DNA from: Mycobacteriales bacterium
Lineage (GTDB): Bacteria; Actinomycetota; Actinomycetes; JAFAQI01
Assembly: GCA_035695045.1 (NCBI GenBank)
Contig: DASSEX010000017.1
Location: 3,346-67,345 of the forward strand
Length of the DNA stretch: 64,000 nucleotides
Direction of reading: 5' to 3'
Shown: positions 29,315 through 39,306 of the stretch, in pieces
Layout of the letters: every line of letters starts with the position of its first letter
Position numbering within the stretch: position 1 is the first letter of the stretch
The notes under the pieces: model-generated
What the model was told of the DNA's origin: nothing
The model's input: the letters and a program-made list of their open reading frames with translations, nothing else
Databases searched by the model: none
Program-made: the position numbers and the translations under genes

Positions 29315-30258
29315 CCGTCGACCGCCCCGCCCGCCATCGCGGGAAGCCGGTCCGGGTCGAGATCGGCCACCCAGACCCGCTGCAACATGTGCCAGTCCTG
29401 CGGATGCTCGCGAATCCCGTCCTCGAACGCGTCGGCGAGAGCCTGCGTCATCGCGCGGATGTCGGCCGCACGGTCGTCCGACGACGCGAGCGGGACCTCG
29501 TCATGGAAGCGAACCGCCCATCCTCGGTCGCCGTCGAACCACAACGTCACCGGGATCAACGTCGCACCGGTCTCACGCGCGAGCGCCGCAGGGCCGGCCG
29601 GCATCCGCGCGGCGCTGCCGAAGAAGTCGACCTCCACACCCGTCGCCGTGAGGTCGCGGTCGCCCAGGAGGCACAGGGTCCCCCCGGCACGCAGTCGCTC
29701 GGCGAGCAGCTCGAAGGGAGAGCGCTCACCTCCGGTCAGCGGGATCACCTCCATACCGAGCGACTCGCGGAACGCGACGAACCGTTCGAAGAGCGAGGCA
29801 GGCTCGAGCCGTTCCGCAACGGTGGTGAAGGGCACACCGCCACCGGCCAGCCAGGCACCCGCGACGTCCCAGTTGCCCATGTGCGGCAGGACCAGGACGG
29901 TGCCCCGACCGCGCGCGACGGCGTCGCGCATCCGATGCTCGTCGATCGTCCTGAAGCGGGCCTGCACCGTCGCGAGCGGCATACGCGGCAGCTGGAAGAC
30001 CTCGCACCAGTAACGAAGGTAGGAGCGCACGCCGAGATGGGTCATGCGGCGTAGGTCGCGGTCCGACACGCCGGGTCCGAGCACCCGACGCAGGTTGGAC
30101 TCGAGCCGCTGCACGCCCTTCCCGTGCCGCATCCAGATCGCATCCGCGATCGCGTCGAACTGCCGACGAGCGAGTCGCTCCGGCATGCCGCGGACGGCGG
30201 CCCAGCCGGCGGCGTACGCCGCCTCGACCAGTCGCGCGGTCGGGGTCTCCCGGCTCAT
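29311..30258 (-). CDS. Phosphatidylinositol mannoside acyltransferase (LpxL/HtrB-like, PatA-type)
   Basis: ORF 29311..30528 was trimmed to ATG 30258, giving ATGA overlap with the pgsA stop. The stop has ATGA overlap with pimA. HMGNWD acyltransferase motif. Synteny as in Rv2611c. Confidence 0.8.
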   Translation of the reverse strand: MSRETPTARLVEAAYAAGWAAVRGMPERLARRQFDAIADAIWMRHGKGVQRLESNLRRVLGPGVSDRDLRRMTHLGVRSYLRYWCEVFQLPRMPLATVQARFRTIDEHRMRDAVARGRGTVLVLPHMGNWDVAGAWLAGGGVPFTTVAERLEPASLFERFVAFRESLGMEVIPLTGGERSPFELLAERLRAGGTLCLLGDRDLTATGVEVDFFGSAARMPAGPAALARETGATLIPVTLWFDGDRGWAVRFHDEVPLASSDDRAADIRAMTQALADAFEDGIREHPQDWHMLQRVWVADLDPDRLPAMAGGAVDG

Positions 30259-30872
30259 CCGACACTCACGGCACGCGCCTGCCGATGCACCTCGCGGATC
30301 CGCTGCGCGACGGTGATCGTCGTGGCGACGGCGAGGCCCCACAGGCCGATGGCGCGGAGGACCGGCACGTCGAACAGCCCTGACAGGCCCGTGAGCGCAA
30401 GGATCGCGATCAGCCGTTCCGAGCGCTCGGCGATGCCGACGTTGCACGTCATGCCGAGCGACTCGGCGCGCGCCTTCGCGTACGACGTCACCGCGCCGGC
30501 GACAAGGTCGTAGAGAGCCACTGCGCACAACGTCATGCTGTCGCCGTCGCCGGCGTACCAGAGCGCCAATGCGCCGAACACCGCACCGTCACCGATGCGG
30601 TCCAGCGTCGAGTCGAGAAACGCGCCCCACGGGCCGCTGCTGCCCCGGACGCGAGCGACGGCGCCGTCGAGCATGTCGCTGAACACGAACGCCGTGATCA
30701 CCAGGGTGCCGACGAAGAACTGGCCCCGGGGATAGAAGCCGAGCGCGCCACCGGCAACGCCCAGCGTGCCGACGATGGTCAGCGCGTCAGGGGTCACTCC
30801 CCAGCCGGCGAGCCGTCGAGCCACCGGCTCGGTGACCTTGTTGATCTGGGGCCGGGCGTGGATTCCGAGCAT
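30255..30872 (-). CDS. pgsA: CDP-alcohol phosphatidyltransferase (phosphatidylinositol phosphate synthase type)
   Basis: 205 aa, multi-TM, with the CDP-OH-P motif DMLDGAVAR-x8-G-x3-DSTLDRIGD. Confidence 0.85.
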   Translation of the reverse strand: MLGIHARPQINKVTEPVARRLAGWGVTPDALTIVGTLGVAGGALGFYPRGQFFVGTLVITAFVFSDMLDGAVARVRGSSGPWGAFLDSTLDRIGDGAVFGALALWYAGDGDSMTLCAVALYDLVAGAVTSYAKARAESLGMTCNVGIAERSERLIAILALTGLSGLFDVPVLRAIGLWGLAVATTITVAQRIREVHRQARAVSVG

Positions 30873-30992
30873 CGCGACGCAAGGCTATCGGCCCGGCCAG
30901 GACCGGATGCCTCTTGTGAAGAACGTCGCGGGGGTGGAGGCTGCGGTCGTTCACCCGTTCAGGTCCAGCGCACCCCAGCCGGGAGGATCGTC

Positions 30993-33149
30993 ATGGCCGA
31001 CAAGAACACTTCCGGAGCCGCCGTCGGCAAGGCACCGACGGCCGACGAGCCGAGCCGCATCCGCAACGTCGTGCTCGTCGGCCACTCCGGAGCCGGAAAG
31101 ACGGCACTCGTCGAGGCCCTCCTCGTCGCGACCGGGACGATCCCCCGAGCCGGTCGGGTCGAGGACGGCACCACGGTCAGCGACTTCGACGAGGCGGAGG
31201 TCAGGCAGCAGCGCTCGATCTCGCTGACCCTCGCGCCGTTCGAGCACGCCGGCATCAAGGTCAACCTGCTCGACACCCCCGGCTACGCCGACTTCACCGG
31301 CGACCTTCGGGCGGGTCTGCGCGCGGCTGATGCAGCGCTGTTCGTCGTCTCCGCAGCCGACGGCATCGACGGCACCACCCGGATGATCTGGGAGGAGTGC
31401 GCGAGCGTCGGAATGCCGCGCGCCGTCGTCATCACCCGGCTCGACTCGCCCCGCGCCGACTTCGAGGACACGCTGGTCGCGGCGCAGTCCGCCTTCGGGG
31501 ACGGCGTACTGCCCCTGTATCTGCCGATGCATGCCGACGACGGCAGCGTCGGCGGACTGATCGGCCTGCTGTCCCAGCAGATCTTCGACTACTCGTCCGG
31601 CCAGCGTCAGCAGCGCGACCCGGACCCTGAGCATCTGCCGCTCATCGCCGAGCACCGCAACGCCCTGATCGAGGGCATCATCGCCGAGTCCGAGGACGAG
31701 ACGTTGATGGACCGCTATCTCGGTGGCGAGGACATCGACGTGAAGGTGCTGGTGGACGACCTCGAGACCGCGGTCGCGCGCGGTTCCTTCTACCCGGTGC
31801 TCGCGGCCTGCTCCGGCAACGGCCTCGGCATGGCCGAGCTGCTCGAGCTGCTCACGTCGGCCTTCCCGTCACCACTCGAGCATCCGTTGCTGCCCGTCAC
31901 CCGGCCGGACGGTTCGCCTACCGAACCGTTGACGTGCGACCCCTCCGGTCGCCTGTGCGCAGAGGTCGTGAAGACGACGACCGACCCCTACGTCGGCCGC
32001 ATCTCCCTCGTCCGGGTGTTCTCCGGGACGTTGCAGCCGGACACGGTGCTCCACGTGTCGGGTCACGGCCTCGCCGAGCGCGGTCACGACGACCACGACG
32101 TCGACGAGAAGGTCGGCGCGCTGTCCTGCCCGCTCGGCAAGGCGCAGCGACCGATCAACCACGCCATCGCCGGCGACATCGTCGCGATCGCCAAGCTCGT
32201 CCGCGCCGAGACCGGCGACACCCTCTCGGCCAAGGACGACCCGCTTCTGGTGCACGCCTGGGACATGCCGGAGCCGTTGCTGCCGGTCGCGATCGAGGCG
32301 AAGAGCAAGGCCGACGAGGACAAGCTGTCGACGGGCCTGCAACGCATCGTCGCCGAGGAGCCGACGGTGCGTCTCGATCGCAACGTGGAGACGCATCAGC
32401 TCGTCCTCTGGTGCATGGGCGAGGCGCACGCGGACGTGCTCATCGACCGGTTGAAGACGAAGTACGGCGTCGAGGTCGGCCAGGTGCCGGTCCGCATCCC
32501 GCTCCGCGAGACGCTCGCCGGTCAGGCAGCCGGGCACGGGCGCCATGTGAAGCAGTCCGGCGGGCACGGCCAGTTCGCCGTGTGCGACGTGATGTTCGAG
32601 CCGCTGCCGTCGGGTTCCGGCTTCGAGTTCGTCGACAAGATCTACGGCGGCTCCGTGCCCAACCAGTTCATCCCCTCGGTCGAGAAGGGCATCCGCGCGC
32701 AGATGGAGCGCGGCGTCGCTGCCGGCTATCCCGTCGTCGACCTGCGCGCGACGCTGACGGACGGAAAGGCGCACTCGGTCGACTCCTCCGACATGGCGTT
32801 CCAGGTGGCGGGCGGCCTGGCCCTGAAGGAGGCCGCGGAGAAGACACAGGTGCTGCTGCTCGAGCCCGTGCTCGACGTGCACGTCCTCGTCGCCGACGAG
32901 TACGTCGGCGCGGTCATGTCCGACCTGTCGTCACGCCGCGGCCGGGTCACCGGGACCGAGCCGGTCGGCAACAACGGCCGCACGCTCGTCCGCGCAGAGG
33001 TCCCCGAGATCGAGCTCACGCGCTATGCGATCGACCTGCGCTCGCTCTCCCAGGGCACGGGCAACTTCACCCGCGACTACCTCCGGCACGAACCCATGCC
33101 GCAGCAGGTCGCACAGAAGGTGCTCGCGGAGGCCAAGACCGACCACTAG
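30993..33149 (+). CDS. Elongation factor G paralog (EF-G2-like GTPase)
   Basis: ATG 30993 is preceded by GGGAGGA. P-loop GHSGAGKTAL, DTPGYADF. EF-G domains II-V are recognisable. The upstream 45 codons of ORF 30858 were judged non-coding. Confidence 0.85.
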   Translation: MADKNTSGAAVGKAPTADEPSRIRNVVLVGHSGAGKTALVEALLVATGTIPRAGRVEDGTTVSDFDEAEVRQQRSISLTLAPFEHAGIKVNLLDTPGYADFTGDLRAGLRAADAALFVVSAADGIDGTTRMIWEECASVGMPRAVVITRLDSPRADFEDTLVAAQSAFGDGVLPLYLPMHADDGSVGGLIGLLSQQIFDYSSGQRQQRDPDPEHLPLIAEHRNALIEGIIAESEDETLMDRYLGGEDIDVKVLVDDLETAVARGSFYPVLAACSGNGLGMAELLELLTSAFPSPLEHPLLPVTRPDGSPTEPLTCDPSGRLCAEVVKTTTDPYVGRISLVRVFSGTLQPDTVLHVSGHGLAERGHDDHDVDEKVGALSCPLGKAQRPINHAIAGDIVAIAKLVRAETGDTLSAKDDPLLVHAWDMPEPLLPVAIEAKSKADEDKLSTGLQRIVAEEPTVRLDRNVETHQLVLWCMGEAHADVLIDRLKTKYGVEVGQVPVRIPLRETLAGQAAGHGRHVKQSGGHGQFAVCDVMFEPLPSGSGFEFVDKIYGGSVPNQFIPSVEKGIRAQMERGVAAGYPVVDLRATLTDGKAHSVDSSDMAFQVAGGLALKEAAEKTQVLLLEPVLDVHVLVADEYVGAVMSDLSSRRGRVTGTEPVGNNGRTLVRAEVPEIELTRYAIDLRSLSQGTGNFTRDYLRHEPMPQQVAQKVLAEAKTDH

Positions 33150-33167
33150 GTGCCGCTCGACGGATCG

Positions 33168-34064
33168 TCAGTCCCAGGGCCGTCCGTCGAGCAGCCACCC
33201 GTTGAGGACGACGACGTCCTTGTCGGGGTCAGGTTGATGACCGCCGTCACGGCGCACCCGGGTCTGCGCGCCGGGAACGGTCGCCGCGATCCACTCGCCG
33301 TGCTGCGGCGGAACGAGCACGTCCGCCTCGCCCCACCACACCGCTGTCGGCACCCGCACGGTCGCCGGGTCGAAGCCCCATGTGCGGGTGAAGGCCAGGT
33401 CGTCGTCGACCCAGCCCCAGACGCCGTTGGCGGACTGTTCCTCGGTCGTGTCTCGGATGACCGCCGCGACGTCCGAACGCGCGAGCACCTTGCGGTCGGC
33501 CTCGGGGAGGTCGAACTCTCCGAGCACCGTCGAGGGGTCGCTGGCAACACGCACTCGCATCTCGGCGTCCTCGCGCGCCAGCTCCTCGTGCAGCCGCTCC
33601 TCACCTTCGAGCGCCCAGCCGAACTCCTTGACGTTCATGGGGTCCATTCCCGTGAACCACTCTTCGCCGAGGACGTCGTACGGCGCCACGCCGACGATGC
33701 AGGCGACGCGGGAAACCCGCTCCGGGAGATGCGCGGCGATGGCGAGGGCATGCGGGCCGCCACCGGACCCGCCGACGACGGCGAACTCGTCCAGCCCGAG
33801 ATGGTCGACGAGCTGGGTGACGTCGGCAACGACGTCGACGACGCGGCGACCGCGGTTGCGGCTCGACTGGCCGTAACCGGGGCGGTCGAACGTGATCACC
33901 CGAGCGCCGGTGCTGCGCACCAGCTCCTGGTTCGGGTGGCGGTTGAGCCGGCATCCGGGAGTGCCGTGGCAGCTGAGGACGGGGCGGCCGTCGGGGTCAC
34001 CCCACTCGGTGAACGCCAGAGTGCGGCCATCGGCGAGGTCAAGGGTCTGCAAAGGCGCTGGCAC
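33168..34064 (-). CDS. Alpha/beta-fold hydrolase (proline iminopeptidase-like)
   Basis: 298 aa with HGTPGC near the N-terminus and a nucleophile elbow GGSGGG. Confidence 0.75.
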   Translation of the reverse strand: MPAPLQTLDLADGRTLAFTEWGDPDGRPVLSCHGTPGCRLNRHPNQELVRSTGARVITFDRPGYGQSSRNRGRRVVDVVADVTQLVDHLGLDEFAVVGGSGGGPHALAIAAHLPERVSRVACIVGVAPYDVLGEEWFTGMDPMNVKEFGWALEGEERLHEELAREDAEMRVRVASDPSTVLGEFDLPEADRKVLARSDVAAVIRDTTEEQSANGVWGWVDDDLAFTRTWGFDPATVRVPTAVWWGEADVLVPPQHGEWIAATVPGAQTRVRRDGGHQPDPDKDVVVLNGWLLDGRPWD

Positions 34065-34098
34065 ACCACGACTGTAGGCCGGGGTTCTCGACCTTCAG

Positions 34099-34629
34099 CT
34101 ACGCCTGACTGCCGGCCCAGCCCTGGGCGAGAAGCGTGCGCGTCTCGCCGAGGAGCTGGGGCAGCACCTTCGTGCGAGCGACAACCGGCATGAAGTTGGT
34201 GTCGCCTCCCCAGCGCGGAACGATGTGCTGGTGCAGATGCGGCGCGATGCCGGCACCTGCGACTGATCCCTGGTTCATGCCGATGTTGAAGCCCTGAGCA
34301 TTGCTGACGTCGCGCAGGACCTGCATCGCCTGCTTCGTGTACTCCCCCAGCTCCGTCGTCTCCTCCGCCGAGAGCTCGGTGTAGTCGGCGACATGACGGA
34401 ACGGCACGATCATCAGATGCCCGGAGTTGTAGGGGTAGAGGTTGAGCACGGCGTAGACCGTCTCGCCCCGCGCGACGACGAGTCCTTCCTCATCCCCCAT
34501 GCTCGGGATGTCGCAGAACGGACAACCCGCCTTGCCCTCGCCCTTGATGTAGGCCATCCGCTCCGGCATCCAGATGCGTTGCCACGCATCCGGCATGCCG
34601 GCGCCGGGCTGATGCTCGACTTCTGTCAT
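34099..34629 (-). CDS. HIT family protein (Ap4A phosphorylase-like)
   Basis: 176 aa with the histidine triad [10 protein letters not shown] and CPFC upstream. Overlaps the thrS stop. Synteny as in Rv2613c-thrS. Confidence 0.85.
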   Translation of the reverse strand: MTEVEHQPGAGMPDAWQRIWMPERMAYIKGEGKAGCPFCDIPSMGDEEGLVVARGETVYAVLNLYPYNSGHLMIVPFRHVADYTELSAEETTELGEYTKQAMQVLRDVSNAQGFNIGMNQGSVAGAGIAPHLHQHIVPRWGGDTNFMPVVARTKVLPQLLGETRTLLAQGWAGSQA

Positions 34630-36641
34630 TCGACGATGCTGTCCGGGTTGAGCGCGTCCGGCTCGATCTGCCGCGAGGCGACGTTGCGCGCGACTTCCTG
34701 GATCGCGTCGTCGACGGGCACACCTCGTCGTTCGACACCGTTGCGGTAGCGGATCGAGACGGCGCCCGCTTCGACGTCACGTTCGCCGGCGACGAACATG
34801 AACGGCACCTTCTGCTGCTGCGCGTGCAGGATCTTCTTCTGCATCCGGTCGTCGGACTCGTCGACCTCCGCGCGCAGGCCCTCGCCGTGCAGCCGCTCGA
34901 CGACGCCGCGGAGGTAGTCGATGTTGTCGGCGCGGATCGGGATGCCGACGACCTGCACCGGTGCGAGCCATGCCGGGAACGCGCCTGCATAGTGCTCGGT
35001 CAGCACACCGAAGAACCGTTCGATGGAACCGAACTTCGCGGAGTGGATCATCACCGGCTGGTGCCGCTCACCATCGGCGCCTTGGTACTCCAGTCCGAAG
35101 CGCGCCGGCTGGTTGAAGTCGTACTGGATCGTCGACATCTGCCAGGTGCGTCCGATCGCGTCCCGCGCCTGCACCGAGATCTTGGGCCCGTAGTACGCCG
35201 CACCACCCGGGTCCGGCACGAGCTCGAGCCCGCTCTCGGCCCCGACCTCCTCGAGGATGCGGGTCGCCGCCTCCCAGTCCTCGTCACTGCCGATGAACTT
35301 GTCCGACGTCGCGTCCCGCGTGGACAGCTCCAGATAGAAGTCGTCGAGCCCGAAGTCGCGCAAGAGGCTCAGCACGAACGACAGCAGGTGCCGGATCTCG
35401 GCCGGCGCCTGCTCAGGCGTGCAGTAGGAGTGCGAGTCGTCCTGGGTCAGCCCCCGGACACGGGTCAGGCCGTGCACGACACCCGACTTCTCGTAGCGAT
35501 AGACCGTTCCGAACTCGAACAGCCGCATCGGCAGCTCGCGGTAGGAACGCCCGCGCGACCGGAAGATCAGGTTGTGCATCGGGCAGTTCATGGCCTTGAG
35601 GTAGTAGCTGCTGCCCTCCATCTCCATCGGAGGGAACATCGTGTCGGCGTAGTAGGGCAGATGGCCGCTGGTCTCGAACAGGCCCTGCTTCGAGATGTGC
35701 GGGGTGCCGACGTAGAGGAAGCCCTCGTCGATGTGGCGCTGGCGGACGTAGTCCTCCATCACGCGTTTGATGACGCCGCCCTTGGGATGGAAGACGACGA
35801 GTCCGGAGCCGATCTCGTCCGGGAACGAGAACAGATCGAGCTCGGCGCCGAGCCGACGGTGGTCGCGACGCTCCGCCTCGGCGATGAGGTCGAGGTGCTG
35901 CTGCAGTGCCTCTTCCGACTCCCAGGCGGTGCCGTAGATGCGCTGCAGCTGGGGGTTCTTCTCACTCCCCCGCCAGTACGCCGCCGCGGAGCGCATCAGC
36001 TTGAAGGCCGGGATCTTGCCGGTGGTCGGCAGGTGCGGACCGCGGCACAGGTCCTTCCACACGAGCTCGACGTCGCTGCCCTTGGTGCGGAGGTTGTCGT
36101 AGATGGTCAGCTCACCGCCACCGACCTCGACGTCCGCACCTTCGGCCGCACCCGCGGCGCTGCCCTTGAGACCGATCAGCTCGAGCTTGTACGGCTCGTC
36201 CTTCAGCTCGGCCCGCGCGTCGTCGTCGGTGACGACCCGGCGCGAGAACCGCTGCCGCTCCTTGATGATCTTGCGCATCCGGACCTCGATCTGCTCGAGG
36301 TCGTCCGGGGTGAACGGCTTCGGCACGTCGAAGTCGTAGTAGAAGCCGTTGGTGATCGGTGGGCCGATGCCGAGCTTCGCCTCCGGGAACAGCTGCTGCA
36401 CCGCCTGGGCGAGCACGTGAGCGGTCGAGTGCCGCAACACTGCGCGGCCCTCGTCGGTGGCCATCGGCACGGACTCGACGATGTCGCCGTCGTCGGGCAT
36501 CCATGCGAGATCTCTCAACGCCTCGCCGTTGGCACGCGCGACGACGGCCTCGATGCCGAGATCGTGAAAGACCCGTCCGATCGTCGTGCCGGGTTCGACA
36601 ACGTGCGGCGAGCCGTCGACGGTCAGGCGGATGTCGGCCAT
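34626..36641 (-). CDS. thrS: Threonine--tRNA ligase
   Basis: ORF 34626..36845 was trimmed to ATG 36641 ([15 protein letters not shown] domain). Editing-domain HSTAHVLA. Class II motifs ([12 protein letters not shown]; [16 protein letters not shown]). Confidence 0.95.
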   Translation of the reverse strand: MADIRLTVDGSPHVVEPGTTIGRVFHDLGIEAVVARANGEALRDLAWMPDDGDIVESVPMATDEGRAVLRHSTAHVLAQAVQQLFPEAKLGIGPPITNGFYYDFDVPKPFTPDDLEQIEVRMRKIIKERQRFSRRVVTDDDARAELKDEPYKLELIGLKGSAAGAAEGADVEVGGGELTIYDNLRTKGSDVELVWKDLCRGPHLPTTGKIPAFKLMRSAAAYWRGSEKNPQLQRIYGTAWESEEALQQHLDLIAEAERRDHRRLGAELDLFSFPDEIGSGLVVFHPKGGVIKRVMEDYVRQRHIDEGFLYVGTPHISKQGLFETSGHLPYYADTMFPPMEMEGSSYYLKAMNCPMHNLIFRSRGRSYRELPMRLFEFGTVYRYEKSGVVHGLTRVRGLTQDDSHSYCTPEQAPAEIRHLLSFVLSLLRDFGLDDFYLELSTRDATSDKFIGSDEDWEAATRILEEVGAESGLELVPDPGGAAYYGPKISVQARDAIGRTWQMSTIQYDFNQPARFGLEYQGADGERHQPVMIHSAKFGSIERFFGVLTEHYAGAFPAWLAPVQVVGIPIRADNIDYLRGVVERLHGEGLRAEVDESDDRMQKKILHAQQQKVPFMFVAGERDVEAGAVSIRYRNGVERRGVPVDDAIQEVARNVASRQIEPDALNPDSIVE

Positions 36642-36663
36642 GCCGCCGAGGTTATCGGCGCGC

Positions 36664-36942
36664 TCAACCGTTTTGGACAGGCGCGTCGACAGGACTTCCG
36701 AGCAGGAACGCGACGGCCTGCGGCACCGACGACTTCGCTTCGCGGTAGGTCGGCGCGACGAGCTTGTGCACGACGGCCAGGTCGTTGGCGGCGGGGTCAC
36801 GCACCTCGAAGGTCGCGAGCCATCCGGCCGGACAACGCTCGACACGAACCGGCACGATGCCCACGCCGGGGACGTCGATCTCGTCGACGACGGCGCCTGC
36901 CTCCAGCCTGCTCATGCGCGTGCTGTTCGTCATGGTGATCAT
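36664..36942 (-). CDS. Hypothetical small protein upstream of thrS
   Basis: 92 aa ORF with high GC3. Its stop is 22 nt upstream of the thrS start. No recognisable motif. Confidence 0.4.
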   Translation of the reverse strand: MITMTNSTRMSRLEAGAVVDEIDVPGVGIVPVRVERCPAGWLATFEVRDPAANDLAVVHKLVAPTYREAKSSVPQAVAFLLGSPVDAPVQNG

Positions 36943-36961
36943 CTTCCCTGCCGTACGACGT

Positions 36962-37612
36962 CTACGTCACCCGAACGGAGTCATTGACGGCGATCCGTCC
37001 CGGACGGACGACGCGGGCGTAGACGCCCTGACACAGCTGCCGCTCCCTGGCGAGCGTCCGCAGCACCCCGACGTCCCTGCGCAGGCCCGGCTGCTCGGCG
37101 GTCGTCATGGCGCACCGGCGGGTGCGCTTGTCGATCGTGACGACCACGCCACCGATCGCGAGACGCTCGCCGACGAGGTCGTCGAGGTCGAGTGGTGTGT
37201 CGAGCAGCACGTTGGGACGGAACCTGCGGACGTCCCAGCTGCCGAGCGCCGCGACCGTCAGCAGGTGCAGCGGTGCGTCGTCGACGAAGGCCGGACCGAC
37301 CGCGGGAGCGACCTCGATCGCCACGGGCCGCCCCAGCAGCTCCAACATCGCCTCGTCAGCCTCACGGCCCACTCTGCCGACCCCGTCCGGCAGGGAGACG
37401 ACCACTCCCTCGCCCCCGACCGCGGCGGCGGCGAGAAGCAGCTGCGGCTCGCGTTTCGCGCTCAGCAGCGCTCCGGATCCACAGTCACGGACGCCCCATC
37501 CGCGGTCGCCCACAACGCCGCGCCCGGCGACGGCCACGGCGTCGAGCCGCTCGCCCTGCAGGGACTTCACGGGGTGCCGCCACAGCTGCACGACCCGGCT
37601 CTCCCCCGACAC
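36962..37612 (-). CDS. MOSC domain-containing protein
   Basis: ORF 36962..38248 was trimmed to GTG 37612. LWRHPVKSLQGE N-terminus and a conserved Cys in DKRTRRCAMT, typical of MOSC proteins. Confidence 0.75.
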   Translation of the reverse strand: MSGESRVVQLWRHPVKSLQGERLDAVAVAGRGVVGDRGWGVRDCGSGALLSAKREPQLLLAAAAVGGEGVVVSLPDGVGRVGREADEAMLELLGRPVAIEVAPAVGPAFVDDAPLHLLTVAALGSWDVRRFRPNVLLDTPLDLDDLVGERLAIGGVVVTIDKRTRRCAMTTAEQPGLRRDVGVLRTLARERQLCQGVYARVVRPGRIAVNDSVRVT

Positions 37613-37694
37613 CCCGTGAGCGTAGGGCGCCGTACGTCGCCGTTCCGGCCATTTCGTGCGATCCAACCGGCCGTGGGCGGGTAGGACAGCCCGC

Positions 37695-37904
37695 ATGACG
37701 GAGGACAGCGCACATCTCGGCAGCCCGGTCGACCCGGCGCGCAGCGGCGCCAACATCGGTGTCGGTCTGGTCCCCGACGAGGACGTGGAGGGCCGAGCCG
37801 AAGCCGCCGCCCATGCGGTCGGTGAGCAGCCGGACGAGGGTCTGGTCGAGCCCGGTGGGGTCACCCACGGCGGGGGCGCGGAGACAGAGACGGAGCGACG
37901 ATGA
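37695..37904 (+). CDS. Hypothetical small acidic protein
   Basis: 69 codons from ATG 37695, with high GC3 and an Asp/Glu-rich sequence. The stop overlaps the next ATG (ATGA at 37901). No family recognised. Confidence 0.3.
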   Translation: MTEDSAHLGSPVDPARSGANIGVGLVPDEDVEGRAEAAAHAVGEQPDEGLVEPGGVTHGGGAETETERR

Positions 37905-38356
37905 GCATCGAGGACCAGCCCACCCAGCAGATCCGCCGGCCGGGCGCGCCGACGCCCGCACCGCTCCCCGGGCCGCTCAACGTGGCCCGTTCGCAGCCGC
38001 CTGCGCCGCCGGCGGACACCGCCGCCGGGTCGACCGAGGTGCTGTCGCTCGACGACCTCTTCGAACGTCAGGAGACGCCCACCACTCAGGTGCCTGCGCG
38101 CCCGGCCGAGGCGCCGCGTGTCCAACCGGTCGCCACGACGCCGGCCCACCCGGTCGAGGCGCCGCGGATCGGCGCCGTACCGGTCCGCTCGGCCGAACAT
38201 CGCGGCGACCGCAAGCGGCTGGCCGGCGATGCGGCGGCTGCCTGGCACGGCGGGCTGGACCGCACACGTTCGTGGCTGTCCGCGGGCGACAACATGCTGA
38301 TCGTGGGAACGGCGCTGGCCGCGCTGCTTCTCCTGCTCGCGGTGGCGCTGTTCTGA
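37901..38356 (+). CDS. Hypothetical proline-rich, C-terminally (tail-) anchored membrane protein
   Basis: 151 aa. The N-terminal two-thirds is rich in Pro/Ala/Thr. A single TM sits at the extreme C-terminus (MLIVGTALAALLLLLAVALF-stop). Confidence 0.4.
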   Translation: MSIEDQPTQQIRRPGAPTPAPLPGPLNVARSQPPAPPADTAAGSTEVLSLDDLFERQETPTTQVPARPAEAPRVQPVATTPAHPVEAPRIGAVPVRSAEHRGDRKRLAGDAAAAWHGGLDRTRSWLSAGDNMLIVGTALAALLLLLAVALF

Positions 38357-38422
38357 CGAGCCGACAGACTCCGGAAAACGCGATCGGCCCCGTCCTCGAT
38401 GGACGGGGCCGCATGCTGTCGG

Positions 38423-38494
38423 TGGGCGATACTGGGTTCAAACCAGTGACCTCCTCGGTGTGAACGAGGCGCTCTACCACTGAGCCAATCGCCC
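38423..38494 (-). tRNA. tRNA-Val (anticodon CAC)
   Basis: Cloverleaf read by eye on the minus strand: acceptor GGGCGAT/ATCGCCC, D arm GGCT..GAGC, anticodon stem CCTCG/CGAGG with loop TTCACAC, T arm ACTGG/CCAGT. CCA is not encoded. Confidence 0.9.
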
Positions 38495-38660
38495 GAGATC
38501 TGAGGGACGAATCACTCTACAGGTCCGCAGACAGGCCTCTGCGATTCAGATATTTTGGGTTTGCACGAAGAGATCAGTCGTTCGCACGTTAGGCGTGACC
38601 CGTTCGCGGGGTACCTCGTCTCTAAGCAGACAGCCGACGAGGAAGAGGCAAGTTCCGGCG

Positions 38661-39092
38661 ATGAGCACTCGACCCGACTCCGTCACCTCCGTGATCGAGC
38701 TGCGCCTCGTCGTGCCCGGTAGCCCGTCGCTGCCCGTGACCGCCGACATCACGTTCGACCACGCCGACCCGTACGCCGTCCGGGTCGCCTTCCACACGGG
38801 TGGCAGCGACGTCGTCGAGTGGACGTTTGCGCGTGCTCTGTTGACCGATGGGGTCACTCGTCCGGTTGGCGAAGGGGACGTTCAGGTCTGGCCGTCGCAT
38901 TCGGGCGGAAAGCCGGTCGTCTGCCTGTCACTGTCCAGCCCGTCGGGCCGCGCGCTGTTCGAGGCTCCGCTAACGGAGCTGGTCGAGTTCCTCACGAAGA
39001 CCTACGCGGTCGTTCCGACCGGCAGCGAGAGCGACCACGTCGACGTGGACGCCGAGCTCGCCCTGCTCCTGTGGAGCGAGCCCGAGGTCTGA
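38661..39092 (+). CDS. ssgB: SsgA-like protein, SsgB-type sporulation/cell-division regulator
   Basis: ATG 38661 after GGAAGAGG. The sequence ...LRLVVPGSPSLPVTADITFDHADPYAVRVAFHTGGSDVVEWTFARALL..GDVQVWPS..VVCLSLSSPSGRALFEAP is colinear with the S. coelicolor SsgB sequence recalled from memory. Confidence 0.85.
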   Translation: MSTRPDSVTSVIELRLVVPGSPSLPVTADITFDHADPYAVRVAFHTGGSDVVEWTFARALLTDGVTRPVGEGDVQVWPSHSGGKPVVCLSLSSPSGRALFEAPLTELVEFLTKTYAVVPTGSESDHVDVDAELALLLWSEPEV

Positions 39093-39306
39093 ACCGGACA
39101 GACCGGTCAGAAGGGCAGGGACCGCCCGGACGGTGTCCGCAGGTCCAGCGGCGCAGGACCGGGAGCCGGGCGCGGGCGCTTGATCTGCACCTGCTTCACA
39201 GCGGCCTCCTCGCGGTCGTTCCGACGATGGTTTGACTGTCGGGCGCGCGTTCGGTTACCACCATCGGCTCGTCAGCCGAGAACCTGAGACTTCCGTCGTG
39301 GCGACC

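Noticed and set aside
29311-30528. The ORF track shows long N-terminal extensions for alaS, ruvA, secF, the acyltransferase, EF-G2, thrS, MOSC, hutI, the pabB-like gene, the AidB-like gene and the 50297..51436 ORF. These could be read as gene overlaps or fusions.
   Set aside because: The extensions are Arg/Pro-rich low-complexity sequence that overlaps the upstream gene. In each case an internal ATG or GTG coincides with the start of family homology, and usually with an SD or a 1-4 nt stop/start junction. The coordinates were trimmed accordingly, but the exact starts remain inferred.
38495-38660. The stretch upstream of ssgB (CAGATATTTTGGGTTTGCACGAAG) is noticeably less GC-rich and has CGTTCGC direct repeats, which could be a developmental regulator (BldD-type) site.
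   Set aside because: It is probably just the ssgB promoter region. I could not match a specific operator consensus with confidence. ChIP or motif scanning would be required.
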